This document shows positions 49,591-62,300 of a DNA stretch of 64,000 nucleotides, piece after piece. A program made the translations under genes and the position numbers. The notes under the pieces were generated by a model. It worked only from the letters and a program-made list of their open reading frames with translations, was not told where the DNA came from and ran no database searches. Position 1 is the first letter of the stretch. Every line of letters begins with the position of its first letter. Origin of the DNA: Chiloscyllium plagiosum (taxonomy: Eukaryota); NCBI RefSeq assembly GCF_004010195.1, contig NC_057752.1, forward strand, positions 2,393,334 to 2,457,333, in the 5' to 3' direction.

Positions 49591-50429
49591 TCAAATATCA
49601 CCAGCATCATTTGGACGCAAAGCAAAGGTGGGAGAATTGATATTCCTTTGTTTGCTTCTGTAAGTGGCAGCTCCTAATCCTGAAGGAGGTTTTGCAATTG
49701 ACAACTTGTATTTATCTTGCCTCCATCCCCCTCCCCGCCCCTGCCCCTTCCCCTTCCCCACATGGAGCAATATCTTGGAGCAGTTTATAAAGCAGGAGGT
49801 TCTAACAGTAGAGAAGACAGTAACGTTGCCGGGGAAGGGGTTTGAAGGCACAGTTGAATAAAGAGGTATTTTAGGAGCCTGTTGGAGAATTGGGAAAAGA
49901 TATCGAAGCAAAGTGTTCCTGAGAATGAGAGAGAGCAAGAAAACCAAAGAGTGGGATCATAATGATCGAAGGATTGACCGTTTGACTCTGAAATCCAATG
50001 GGACTGGTGAAGATTCGTGGGAATGGTGGCCTTTTACTTAATTACAAGGAAGCTCCTCAATAAATGGCTGCTCACTTGGGACTGATTACAGGTTGTCTTG
50101 GAGAAGGAATATTAATGCTGCGTAAGAATTTCTCCTAATTAGCCACTGCAGACCCGTTCCCTCTCTGTAGAAGTCACGAAGATATGCCACATGGAAGTTA
50201 CATTTGCAGCAGGTTTTTGGAAAGTTTGAGAGAGTGCAATTAGTGTTTGTTTGAAAAGACTCTCAATGAATATTGGAGCGCGGGCCTGTCATTTTTGCAC
50301 TTGCAGCTTTTTAATTCCTTCAGAAAGACAGACTCACTCGATCCTTCTAGTGAAAGGTTACCGTTTGCATATTTGGTGAAGTTTAAATTTGCTTAACTGA
50401 TAAATAATGAAAATGCCAGCTTTTCAGAA

Positions 50430-50550
50430 AACAAAATCTGGTTTACTAATGTCCTTTAAGGAAGGAAATCTGCTATTCTCACCTGGTCTGGCCTACATAT
50501 GACTCCAGACCCATACTCAACATGGTTGACTCTTAACTGCCCTCTAGAGG
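50430..50550 (+). mobile_element. Fragment of the second-LINE-system SINE body
   Basis: gaaggaaatctgc...acctggtctggcctacatatgactccagaccca. Confidence 0.75.
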
Positions 50551-50744
50551 CCCAATGAGACAGTGGCAGAGAAAGGCACTGTCGGAGGAGGAAGCTCCGC
50601 CACATTTTCTTCAGCATTTCAAGAAAGCAACTTAGCACCGCGCTGTCAAGACGATTAATGATGAGCAGTGAATGCTAGCCTTTCCAGCAAAGGAAAACTC
50701 AAAACGTCACATCAAAACAGACTGGGACGGCTGTGCCCTCATTA

Positions 50745-51030
50745 GGCTGCACTCTGAACTCCTGAGTGAGAGAGCTGAGGTCCCATCCAGGCTGAGACCT
50801 CAGGGCAGTACTGAGAGAGTGCTACACCCCACTGTGACTAGAAAAGGAGCCCACAACACCATTTGAGGAAGAACAGAGAGTTCTGCCCAGTGTTCTGGCT
50901 AATATGTATCCCCCAATCAACTTCACAAGAATAAACAATCTCACGATGCTGTGTGGGAGCTTACTGTGCACAGATCGGCCTCCATGTTTCTAACCGTGAC
51001 GAGAGCACTTCAAGGGAAAGCACTTTGCAA
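50745..51030 (+). mobile_element. Possible decayed Deu-domain SINE (SacSINE1/AmnSINE1-like)
   Basis: atttgaggaagaacagagagttctgcccagtgttctggctaatatgtatcccccaatcaac resembles the Deu-domain as recalled; similar remnant at 3410-3480. Confidence 0.4.
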
Positions 51031-51425
51031 GCAATGAACTGAGTTTCTGAAAGCACCACATTTTTCCAATTCTTTTTTTTACTGCAGTATGTTGGACCAT
51101 ATTTGCCTCTGTGTATCATTTTTGTTGAGAAAGGATTATCTAAGTGGCCCCCATGTCAGGACATCCTGATGTATTTTATAGCCAGCTCATTAATTGTCAT
51201 CATTTTGCTTCTTTTTTTCTCATAGACAGAACACAGCAGCCCATTTGTACACAGCAAGCTCCACAAGAAAGCAATGAGATGGAGAATCAGATAGTCAGCT
51301 TTCTGCTGCTATTGGTTAAGGACTCACTGGGAGAATCCAAGGAGAGAAAATGCTGGAAATATAAAAATGTTGCGGGTCAAGCAACAACTATCAAGAGAGA
51401 AACAGTTAACTGGTCAGATAATTTG

Positions 51426-51765
51426 TGGGCGGTACGATGGCACAGTGGTTAGCACTGCTGCCTCACAGCGCCAGAGACCCGGGTTCAATTCCCGCCTCAG
51501 GCGACTGACTGTGTGGAGTTTGCACGTTCTCCCCGTGTCTGCGTGGGTTTCCTCCGGGTGCTCCGGTTTCCTCCCACAGTCCAAAGATGTGCAGGGTCAG
51601 GTGAATTGGCCACACTAAATTGCCTGTAGTGTTAGGTAATGGGGTAAATGTAGGGGTATGGGTGGGTTTCGCTTCGGCGGGTCGGTGTGGACTTGTTGGG
51701 CCGAAGGGCCTGTTTCCACACTGTAATGTAATCTAATCTAAAGGTGTAATCTAATCTAATCTAAT
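51426..51765 (+). mobile_element. HE1-type V-SINE, full length, CpGs retained (young)
   Basis: A and B boxes, V-domain, tail gttgggccgaagggcctgtttccacactgta plus (taatc)n. Confidence 0.95.
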
Positions 51766-51957
51766 AATTGCTTTTGTGGTGCATAGCTCATGCAGGGAAA
51801 TTTCACAAGTAGTTATTATAGAAACAAATAAAGCTGTATTCAGGTTCCATGCCAGTTAATTCTTTGATAGCTCTTTAAACCATTAAACTGTGAGTTCAGC
51901 ATCCCCTGCTGAGATAATTGTAGGTGTTGAGACTCAGCCAAGCATTCATAATGACAA

Positions 51958-52300
51958 TTAGAGTCATAGAGGTGTACAGCATGGAAATAGACCCTTCGGT
52001 CCAACACGTCCATGCCGACCAGACATCCCAATCCAATCTAGTCCCACCTGCCAGCACCCGGCCCATATCCCTCCAAACCCTTCCTATTCATATACCCATC
52101 CAAACGCCTTTTAAATGTTGCAATTGTACCAGCCTCCACCACTTCCTCTGGCAGCTCATTCCATACACGTACCACCCTCTGCGTGAAAAAGTTACCCCTT
52201 AGGTCTCTTTTATATCTTTCCCCTCTCACCCTAAACCTATGCCCTCCAGTTCTGGATTTTCCCACCCCAGGGAAAAGAGTTTGTCTATTTATCCTATCCA
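51958..52300 (-). mobile_element. CR1 LINE 3' end
   Basis: ORF 52038..52301. Confidence 0.9.
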
Positions 52301-52376
52301 AGTCCTTTGGGAAACATTAACAAAGAGCTGTATTGAATTGTTAATTTGATGCTAATGTTTCTTTCCTCACTTACAG

Positions 52377-52432
52377 CAGATGGCCTGTCAATCAAAGCAG
52401 TTGGGAAGAGGGCATTTCCTCAACTCTGAGTG
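52377..52432 (+). other. Candidate 56-nt exon (53 nt with NAGNAG acceptor), unassigned
   Basis: ctaat branch-like motif, pyrimidine tract, ttacag acceptor, G|GTAAGT donor. Confidence 0.25.
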
Positions 52433-52539
52433 GTAAGTGCAGCCTGTGTGCTCCAAGTTAAAGAGCAAGGAACATTTCCAAAAATCTTCAGGTCATGACA
52501 GATATACAGAACGTATCCACTCTTCAAGAGCATTTACAT

Positions 52540-53325
52540 CTGGAAAAATGCAAGATGTTGCATTTTGGTACAGCAAACATGGACAGGACTTATACAGTTA
52601 ATGGTAGGGCCTTGGGTAGTGTTGTAGAACAGAGGGACCGAGGGGTGCAGGTACATAATTCATTGAAGTTTGCCTCACATATCAACAGGGTGGTTAGGAA
52701 GATGTTTAGCACGCCTGCCTTCATTGCTCAGAGCTTTGAGTATAGGAGTTGGGACGTGTTGTTGAGGTTGTACAGGATGTTGGTGAGGCCTCGTCTGGAA
52801 TACTGTGTCCAGTTCTGGTCTCCCTGTTATAGGAAGGATATTATTCAGCTGGAGTGGATTCAGAAGAGATTTACCAGGATGTTGCCGGGTATGGAAGGTT
52901 TGAGTTATAAAGAGAGGTTGGACAGGCTGGGACTTCTTTCACTGGAGCTTAGGAGGTTGAGAGGTGACCTTATAAAGGTTCATAAAATCATGAGGGGTAT
53001 AGATAGGGTTAATGGTAGGTTTCTTTTCCCTAGGATGGGGGATTTCAAGGCTAAGAGGCACATTGTTAAGGTGAGAGGAGAGAGTTTTAAAAAGACATGA
53101 GGGGCATTTTTTGCACAGACAGTGGTTCATGTGTGGAATGAACTGCCAGAGGAAGTGGTGGATGCAGATACAGTTTCAACATTTAAAAGGCACTTAGATA
53201 AATACATAAATAGGAAAGGTTTGAAGGAATATGGGCCAGGAGCAGGCAGGTGGGGCTAGTTTACTTTGGGATTATGGACTAGTTGGACTGAAGGGTCTGT
53301 TTCCATACTGTATGACTCTATGACC
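52540..53325 (+). mobile_element. CR1 LINE 3' fragment
   Basis: ORF 52495..53100; same subfamily as 165-965. Confidence 0.9.
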
Positions 53326-54767
53326 CATTTGATTAACCCTGATCATATTGAATGATTGGACAGGCTAAAAGGGCTGAATTGCCGACTGCTGTTTTTTCTT
53401 CCCTAATTCATGACTCCCATAACATGTTGCACAGTTCAAATGGCCCTGCTAAAGTTTAGTTTTCTATCCTATGTGAATCACAACCCTTCCTCCTTCCAGC
53501 AGAAATTGGAACTGGGATGGGTCCTTCCATATCTGGATCCTAGCCACCATTTGTAAAGATCCAGGCTTCCTGATCCACTAAAATCTGGCCCAGTATTTCA
53601 ACTCAATTGTTTATCAAAGCAGGAGGGGGGCGGGTGTTAGTGATGTGAGAGATGGTAAGCAAGTACAGAAATGGAGGGAGGAAAGGACGAAAGAAAGATT
53701 TTGTGATCGGGTGGAGGAGAGGAGAGATGAAATGGCTCCAGGAATGGTGGCGCAATGCCAAATGGGATGGTCAAGGGGCAAACGGCACAGTACAAGACGG
53801 GGCTAGAGGAGGCAAAGCTGTCTGAAACAAATGGAAATTCAGGTCATGGTCTGAAACTATTGGGCTCAACATTGAGTCGATGATGTGATGCTCCCTAAAC
53901 TTGCATTGAGAATTGTTGGAAGACTGCTACTGGCCAAGGACAGAGAGGTCAGTGTGTGAACAATACTTCAGTCAGTTGGTTGAAGATCTCAGCAGCGCTG
54001 TTGTGGAACTTAAAAAACCCAGCATAAAGCAGTGGGATCACCAATGGCAAACATTGAGATTTTCGATGCAAATTGTTGTTGCCAGGCAGTATTTTGCAAT
54101 ACTTTGTACCATTTATCTAATGCTACTTTAAGCTTTTATAGATATATTGCAGGTTAATAGAAATCCTTCAGAAGGTAGGTTCCACCTCAGGTTGAGGAAT
54201 ACCTTGCAACATTGAAGCATTTTCTTGTTTTCTTTGCGTTGATATGTCAGTGACACCATTTATTTTGGCAGTGAATGGCCGCCACATGAAACATTATTCC
54301 CCAATCTCAAAAGATAGTCTGAAAAGACAGCAACCAAGATACCCTGGGCATTGAGCACCTGCAGCGAGGGTGGTCAGTATCCATGGCAACTACCTTGTAT
54401 TCTGGCACTCAAGAAAAGTTGCGCCACTCCAGAAGGACTAACGATCTGCGTTTATGAAGTTTGCCTCGAACGAAACACTGCATCTTTCCTCCCTGTTTCC
54501 TGGCTCAATGTCATTTTCTCAGCGTTCTTGGCAGGAGAGAGAGTGACACTCTTAATCCTTTGCAGAGATCGTTAGCAAGCTGGAACTGGGATGGGATAAG
54601 GTACGTGAGCAGGTAAGAACGATGTTTATGAGGCCATTCTTTCAGGTTTGCAGTGAGCAGTCCAGGTCACTAGTTCAAAAGTCAAATAGGACTTCCTCAC
54701 AATGGCGCAGAGTCAGCACAGACAAGCCTTCCTGCTGGATACACACTGATGCCTAACATATTGGTAA

Positions 54768-57150
54768 GAGCAACCACTGTACAGTCGTTGTGGAGACAAA
54801 GTCCCGCCTTCACATTGAGAATACCCTCTATCCTGTTGTGTGGCACTATCACCATGCTAAATGGGACAGACTTCAAACAGATCTAGCAACTCAAGACTGG
54901 GCATCCATGAGACACTGTGGGCCACTAACAGCAGCACAATTATACTCCAGCACAATCTATATCCTCACATTCTGGTATACCCCCCACTCAACCATTACCG
55001 TCAAGCCAGGGGATCAACCCTGGTTCAATGGAGAGTGCGGGAGTGCATGCCAGGAGCAGCACCAGATGTACCTGAGGTTGAGGTATCAACCTGGTGAAGC
55101 TACCAAACAGGACTACTTGCAAGCCAACAGCATAAGCAGCAAGTGATGGACAGAGCTAAGCAATCCCACAACCAACGGATCAGATCTAAGCACTGCAGTC
55201 CTGCCACATCCAGTCGTGAATGGTGGTGGACGATTAAACAACTCACTGGAGGAGGCGGCTCCACAAATATCCCCATCCTCAATGATGGAAGAGCCCAACA
55301 CAGCAGTGCAAATGATAAGGCTGAGGCTTTCACAGCAATCTTCAGCCAGAAGTGCTGAGTGGATGATCCATCTCAGCCCCCTCCCGTGGTCCCCAACATC
55401 ACAGAAACCAATCTTCAGCCAATCTGATTCACTCCACATGATACCAAGAAACAGTTGGAGACACTGGATACTGCAAGGGCTAAGGGCCCTGACAACATTC
55501 CAGCAAGTGTACTGAAGGCTTGTGCTCCCAACCTTGCCGCTCCCCTAGCCAAGCTGGTCCAGTTCAGTTACAACACTGACATCCAACCGACAATGTGGGA
55601 AATTGCCCAGGTATGTCCGGTACACAAACCCAACCTGATCAATTACCACCACATCAGTCTACTCTCGATCATCAGTAAAGTGATGGAAGGTGTCACCCAC
55701 TGTGCTATCAAGCAGCACCTGCTCAGCAATAACCTGCTCAGTGACACCCAGTTTGGGTTCCACCGGGGTCACTCAGCTCCTGACCTCATTACAGCCTTGG
55801 TTCAAACATGGACAAAAGAGCTGAATTCCAGAGGGGAGGGGAGAGGGACAGCCCTTGACATCAAGGCTGCATTCGACCGAGTGTAGCATCAAGGAGCCCG
55901 AGCAAAACTGAAATCAATGGGTAATGGAGGGGGAGGGGGGGGCGCAAACTCTCCAGTGGGTGGAGTCATACCTGGCACATCATTGTGTCTTGCATCATTG
56001 AGGATGGGGATATTTGTGGAGCCGCCTCCTCCAGTGAGTTGTTTAATGGTCCACCACCATTCACGACTGGATGTGGCAGGACTGCAGAGCTTAGATCTGA
56101 TCTGTTGGTTGTGGGATTGCTTAGCTCTGTCCATCACTTGCTGCTTATGCTGTTTGGCTTGCAAGTAGTCCTGTTTGGTAGCTTCACCAGGTTGACACCT
56201 CAACCTCAGGTAGACCTGGTGCTGCTCCTGGCATGCACTCCCGCACTCTCCATTGAACCAGGGTTGATCCCCTGGCTTGATGGTAATGGTTGAGTGGGGG
56301 ATATGCCAGAATGTGAGGGTATAGATTGTGCTGGAGTTGTGGTTGTTGGAGGTCAGTCATCTCAGCTCCAGGACATCTCTGCAGGAGTTCCTCAGGGTAA
56401 TGTCCTAGACCCAACCATCTTTAACTGCTTCATCAATGACCTTCCCTCCATCATAAGGTCAGAAATGGGGATGTTCACCAAAGATTGCACAATGTTCAGC
56501 ACCATTCGTGACTCCTCCATCAGTGAAGCAGTCCATGCCCATCTACAGCAACACCTGGACAATATTCAGGTTTGGGCTGACGAGTGGCAAGTACCATTCA
56601 TGCCTCACAAATGCCGGGCTATGACCTTCTCCAGTAAGAGACAATCTAACCACCACCTCTTGGCAGTCAATAGTGTTACCATCACTGAATCTCCTACTAT
56701 CAACATCCTGGGGTTACCATTGACCAGACACTGAACTGGACTCGCCACATAAACACAGTGGCTACAAGAGCAGGTCAGAGGCAAGGAATACTGCAATGAG
56801 TAACTCACCTCCTCACTCCCCAAAGCCTGTCCACCATCTACAAAGCACAAGTCAGGCGTGTGATGGAATACTACATCTCGAAGGACAAGGGCAGCAGATA
56901 CATGGGAACACCACCCCCTTGCAAGTTCCCGTCCAAGTCTCTCACCATGCTGACTTGGAAATATATCGCCATTTCTTCACTGGTTCAAAATGCTGGAATT
57001 CCCTCCCTCAGGGCATTGTGGGTCAACCTACAGCACATGGACTGCAGCGGTTCAAGAAGGCAAACTGACCTCCACCTTCTCAAGGGGCAACTAGGGACAG
57101 GGCAATAAATCCTGGGCCCAGCCAGTGACACCCACATCCCATGAACAAAC
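54768..57150 (+). mobile_element. Second LINE family (CR1/L2 group), long decayed ORF2 with internal inverted duplication
   Basis: KAKGPD-like ARAKGPDNIP, ISLLSIISKVME, QFGF, ALDIKAAFDRV, GVPQGNVLDP.IF..FINDL; 3' tail to ~57150. Confidence 0.88.
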
Positions 57151-57921
57151 ATATTTTTAAAAAGGTTGTTTACTTCTCAAGAAGTCAGTGCACCACTGCC
57201 TGATTTTGAACATCAGTGAAGCCCTGACCAATCTTTGCTTTGCGTTATATAATTTATTTTTAAAAAGTGTCTTGAAATTAAGATTAATTTATTTTTCCAT
57301 TCGGTCTGCTGCATCACCTTGAGACTTTTTAAATGTTTCACTGAAGCTGAACAAAACTTTTCCACTTTAGATAGAAGAAGTCACTTGAGAGAGTTTACGT
57401 GGGTGGATCAGCTGTAAGCCAAGAAACTGAGAGAGATTTATGACATTGTGATAAATGGAGCAGGCACGCCATTTCAATTGATAGTGTGGATACATTCAAG
57501 GGGAAGCTAGGAAAACACACAAGGGGGAACGGGATGGATGCGAACGCTGCCAGACTTTCAGATTTTCAACACAAGGCCTGGCAGCTCATGCACATGAATT
57601 CCAGGTCCCAACAACAACGTTGCATTGTTCTGTATTTCATGATGCAAGTCTGTTTACTGTTGACACTGACTGCGCTTGCTATTGGCTAACCCCTGAGAAA
57701 AGTCTCTCTTTTGACTTTTGACTTGTGTTTGTTTTCGGGTTGGTGCCCCAGGGAGAGGGAAGTCTTATTTTACCTTTGTTTCAATTTTGACCCCACCCCA
57801 GGAAGAGCCATGGGGAAGTTACTTTGTTGAGAAATGTTTGTTCCACATTTTAACCCCTTGATGTCCCTATCCCAAGAGTGCTTTTTCTCCTTTATTCATT
57901 CATTTGGAAATGAAATCATCA

Positions 57922-58600
57922 GAGGTTCAGGGACATAATTCTTTGAAGTTTGCATCACAGGGTGGTTAAAAAGGTGTTTAGTACACTTCCCTTCATCACT
58001 CAGCCCTTTGAGTATAGGAGTTGGGACGTGTTGTTGAGGTTGTACAGGACATTGGTGAGGCCTCTTCTGGAATACTGTGTCCAGTTCTGGTCGCCCTGTT
58101 ATAGGAAGGATATTATTAAGTGGATTCAGAAGAGATTTACCAGGATGTTGTCGGGAATGAAGGATTTGAGTTATAAGCAAAGGCTTGATAGGCTGGGACT
58201 TTTTTCACTGGAGTGTTGAAGGCCGAGGAGTGACCTTATAGAGGTTTGTAAAATCATGAGGGGCATAGATAAAGTGAATGGCAGGTGTCTTTTCCCTAGG
58301 GTGGGGGATTTCAGTTCTAGGGGGCATATTTTTTAAGGTGAGAGGAGAAAGATTTAAAAAAGACAGGAGGGGCAATTTCTTTACACAGAGAGTGGTTTGT
58401 GTGTGGAATGAACTTCCTGAGGAAGTGGTGAATGTGGATACAGTTACAACATTTAAAGACATTTGGATAAGTACATGAAGGGGAAAGGTTTGGAGGGACG
58501 TGGGCCAGGGGTAGGCCGGTGGGACTAGTTTAGTTTGGGATTACGATCGACATGGACTGGTTGAACCGAAGAGTCTGTTTCCGTGCTATATGACTCTATC
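57922..58600 (+). mobile_element. CR1 LINE 3' fragment
   Basis: ORF 57950..58219 plus UTR. Confidence 0.9.
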
Positions 58601-58789
58601 ACCTTTTTTTAAACACTGTGCCTATTATAAATTCTGAATTCTCTTCACCTCACAAGGCTGTTGAAGGTGAATTGGGGATTTAAAGACAAAGACAAATTGA
58701 TTTCTATTAGATTAAAGTATTGAGGGATATTGAACAAAGTCGGGTAAATTGGGATCGGATCAAATTAGATTGGGCTGAATAGGCCCCTT

Positions 58790-60140
58790 GACAAAAATAG
58801 AGTATATGAATGCAAAAAAGCAGGGATCTGATGCTGAATCTTTCTGAAGGTCTGGTTAGACCATAACTAGAATATCGGAGTCACCACATTTCAGGAAGGC
58901 TCCTCAGGAGGAGCTTAACCAGCATGATTTGCAGGATGAGGGATTTTAGCAACAAGTTGAAGGTTGGATGCAATTTTGCACACCAGTCCATCAGGAAGTG
59001 GTCAACACACAGAGTCCTCAAGACCCTGCAGGAAATGGAGAGGGTGGATCCTGTCATGTAGTTCCCTGAGCAGACGGTCAAAGTCATTTCGCAGAATGTT
59101 TTCTCACCAAAACTTTCCAACAAGCACCAAGACATCGTTTGGCTGGTGGCGAGACGGGCACTACCTGTGAGATCCTTCCTGAACACCTGGTTTGACTGCA
59201 TGCTGCCCTCGAAACGGCTGCGGGGAGGGCAGAGACTGCTGGAATGTGCTTTTACAAAGGAAGTTGAGAGAAAGATGCAGTGGTTTATGTCGAGGTTTGT
59301 CCCGAGCAGCCCCATGACTCAGGACTCTGTGCTCTACGGTCTGTTCCCCGGGTAGCACACCGAGAAAAACATCGTCTGCGCCTGGAGGACCATCAACTCA
59401 GTGAAAGACTCTCTGATCTGCCTGAAACTTGTTGGCCCTCAGAACAAGGAGTTGGCCCTTGATCGGGTGTTGCAGACTGGCACATTCCAAGGTCCAGGCC
59501 TACGTGCTGAGGGACGCACTAAAGCCTGGGCCAGCTACCGCCATGGCACACTGGGGAAAGTCCATTGGACTTAAATATATGTAAATATAGCTTTGTACAA
59601 GTAAGAGTTGCCTTTGGTTTGCTTGTTGGACAGAGTCAACCGCCAATGTTTGTTTGTTTCTTCGTACACTACTGTACTGAACTGAACTGCTTTAGTGACT
59701 ATGTATGTATATAAAGATATATTTAGGAATAAAGTATGTTTTTCAAACAAAATGAAAGAAGGTTGGAGAACCTGGGTTTGTTCTTCTTGAAGCAAAGCAG
59801 ATCAAGGGGAGATTTGATAGTGGTGCACCAGATTATAACAAGATAAGGGAGACAAAACTGCATTGGTGGATGGTACAGGGACTAGGAGACACAGACTGAA
59901 AGCAAGAGATGGAGGAGAGATGTGAGGAAGAATGATTTCACCCAAAGAGCAGGAACAGCCCCAAGGGTGGTGGAAGTAGAGATGGCGAATTTAACGGGCA
60001 TAGGGATAGACACAGGAATAAGAAACCTGCGAGGCTATAGGAATGGAGCAACGGAATGGACAAACTGGATTGCCAACAGAGGGCCAGCATGATCTCGAGG
60101 GGCCACACAGAATCCGTCTGTACCATAAATGACTCCATTC
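58790..60140 (+). mobile_element. Old CR1 3' fragment split by an L1/Tx1 insertion
   Basis: LVRP*LEY before the insert; LGLFFLKQSRSRGDLI after it. Confidence 0.7.
58969..59757 (+). mobile_element. L1/Tx1-type LINE 3' fragment with 10-bp TSD
   Basis: LSNKHQDIVWLVARRALPVRSFL (zf-RVT-like); ORF end related to 5924-5978; aataaa tail; TSD gaaggttgga at 58959-58968 and 59758-59767. Confidence 0.8.
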
Positions 60141-60334
60141 CTATGTTTTCAGCCGGTTCAGTCAACAGCATTGTTGAAAACATTCCTGGCAGTGCAAAGA
60201 TTGCTGAGAACGTGATGAGAACTCAATGGATTTAATTGGTATAAAGTAGAATCGCAGAGCCAAAAAAATTGTTTCCAGTGCAGAAGGATGCCAATCAGCC
60301 CATTATGTCTGCACTGGTTCCCCAATCAAGCATT

Positions 60335-60985
60335 ATAGAGTTATACAGATGTACAGCATGGAAACAGATCCTTTGGTCCAACACGTCCATGCCGACCAGA
60401 TATCCCAACCCAATCTAGTCCCAATTGCCAGCACTTGGCCCATATCACTCTAAACCCTTCCTATTCATATACCTATCCAGATGCCTTTTAAATGTTGTCA
60501 TTGTGCAATATTCCAACAGTGGCCTAACCAATGTCCTGTACAGCTGCAACATGACCTCCCAACTCCTGTACTCAATACTCTGACCAATAAAGGAAAGCAT
60601 ACCAAATGCCTTCTTCACTATCCTATCTACCTGTGACTCCACTTTCAAGGAACTATGCCCCTGCACTCCAAGGTCTCTTCATTTAGCAACACTCCCCAAG
60701 ACTTTATCATTAACTGTATAAGTCCTGTTCTGATTTGGTTTCCCAAAATGCAGCACCTCACATTTATGTGATTTAAACTCCATCTGCCACTCCTTGGCCC
60801 ATTGGCCCACCTGATCAAGATCCCGTTGTACTCTGAGGTAAACTTCTTTGCTGTCCACCACACCTCCAAGTTTGGTGTCATCTGCAAACTTACTAACTAT
60901 ACCTCTTATGCTCACACCCAAATACTTATATAAATGACCCAGTGGACCCAGCACCGATCCTTGCGGCACACCATTGGTTACACAT
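60335..60985 (-). mobile_element. CR1 RT fragment with internal deletion
   Basis: GVPQGSVLGP, SKFADDTKLGG; EYC joined directly to TMTTFKRHLD. Confidence 0.9.
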
Positions 60986-61034
60986 CGTGTCACTCTCCCT
61001 GCTGTTCCCCAGCCTGAACCTTTCTTCATTTAAA

Positions 61035-61430
61035 AATAATCATCAAAGCGAGGTATATGGAGATCTAATGGTGGTCTGTAAGGTGCTCGAGGGAGATTGA
61101 CAAAGTATGTGTAGCAAGGACGTTTCCTCATGTGGGGCAGTTTACAACGAGAGGTCATAGCTTTTAGATAAAGTGTAGCAGATTCAAAACAGAGATGAGG
61201 AGAAATGACTTATTGGAAAGGATCATGAATCTGTGGAATTCACTCCCCCCAGAGTGCAGTGGGTGCTGGTGCTCTGAATAAATGTAAAGAGGAGATAGAC
61301 AGATTTGAATTAGTCATGGACTGAAAGGTTATGGAGAGTGGGCATGAAAGTGGAGTTGAGGACAAAGTGAATTCAGCCATGATCGTATTAAATGTGGAGC
61401 AGGCTCCAGGGTCGGAATGGCCTATTCCTG
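61035..61430 (+). mobile_element. Older CR1 3' end
   Basis: MNLWNSLPQSAV plus UTR. Confidence 0.75.
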
Positions 61431-61451
61431 TAGAGTTGAGGATGTCGGAAA

Positions 61452-61790
61452 ATAGAATCCCGACAGTGTGGAAACAGGCCCTTCGGGCCAACAGGTCTAC
61501 ACCGACCCTCTGAAGAGTAACCCATTCGGACCCATTCCCTTACACTATTATTCTATATTTGCCTCTGATGAATGCACCTAACCTACACATCTCTGAGTAT
61601 TATGGGCAATTTGGCATGTCCAATTCACATCTTTGGATTGTGGGAGGAAACCAGAGCATCCAGAGGAAACACACGCAGACAGGGGAAGAATGTGCAAACT
61701 CCACACAGACATTCGCCTGAGCTTGGAATTCATCCCGGGTCCCTGGCACTGTGAAGCAGCAGTGCCAAACACTGAGCCGCCGTGCCACCC
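61452..61790 (-). mobile_element. HE1-type V-SINE, full length
   Basis: Head, V-domain and tail. Confidence 0.9.
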
Positions 61791-61792
61791 TG

Positions 61793-62300
61793 GAATGTAG
61801 GGTTAAGGATGTAGGGTTGAGGATGTAAGGCTGAGGATTTAGAGTTGAGGATGTGGGGTTCAGGATGTAGGGTTGAGGATGTAGGGTTGAGAATGTAGGG
61901 TTGAGGATGTAGGGTTGAGAATGTAGAGTTGAGGATGTAGGGCTGAGGATGTAGGGTTAAGAATGTAAGGTTGAGGATGTAGGGTTGAGAATGTAGAGTT
62001 GAAGATGTAGGGTTGAGAATGTAGGGTTGAGGATGTAGGGCTGAGGATGTAGGGTTAAGAATGTAAGGTTGAGGATGTAGGGTTGAGAATGTAGAGTTGA
62101 AGATGTAGCGTTGAGAATGTAGGGTTGAGGATGTAGGGTTGAGGATGTAGGGTTGAGAATGTAAGGTTGAGGATGTAGGGTTGAGAATGTAGGGTTGAGG
62201 ATGTAGGGTTGAGAATGTAAGGTTGAGGATGTTGGGCTGAGGATGTAGGGTTGAGGATGTTGGGCTGAGGAAGTAGGGCTGAGGATGTAGGGTTGAGGAA
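61793..62300. repeat. 14-bp minisatellite (GATGTAGGGTTGAG), ~36 copies
   Basis: Seen directly. Confidence 0.95.

Noticed and set aside
51426..51500. tRNA gene
   Set aside because: The tRNA-like head continues into the V-domain and LINE tail; it is a SINE. The same applies to the other tRNA-like heads.
61793..62300. Interstitial telomere
   Set aside because: The period is 14 bp, not (TTAGGG)n.
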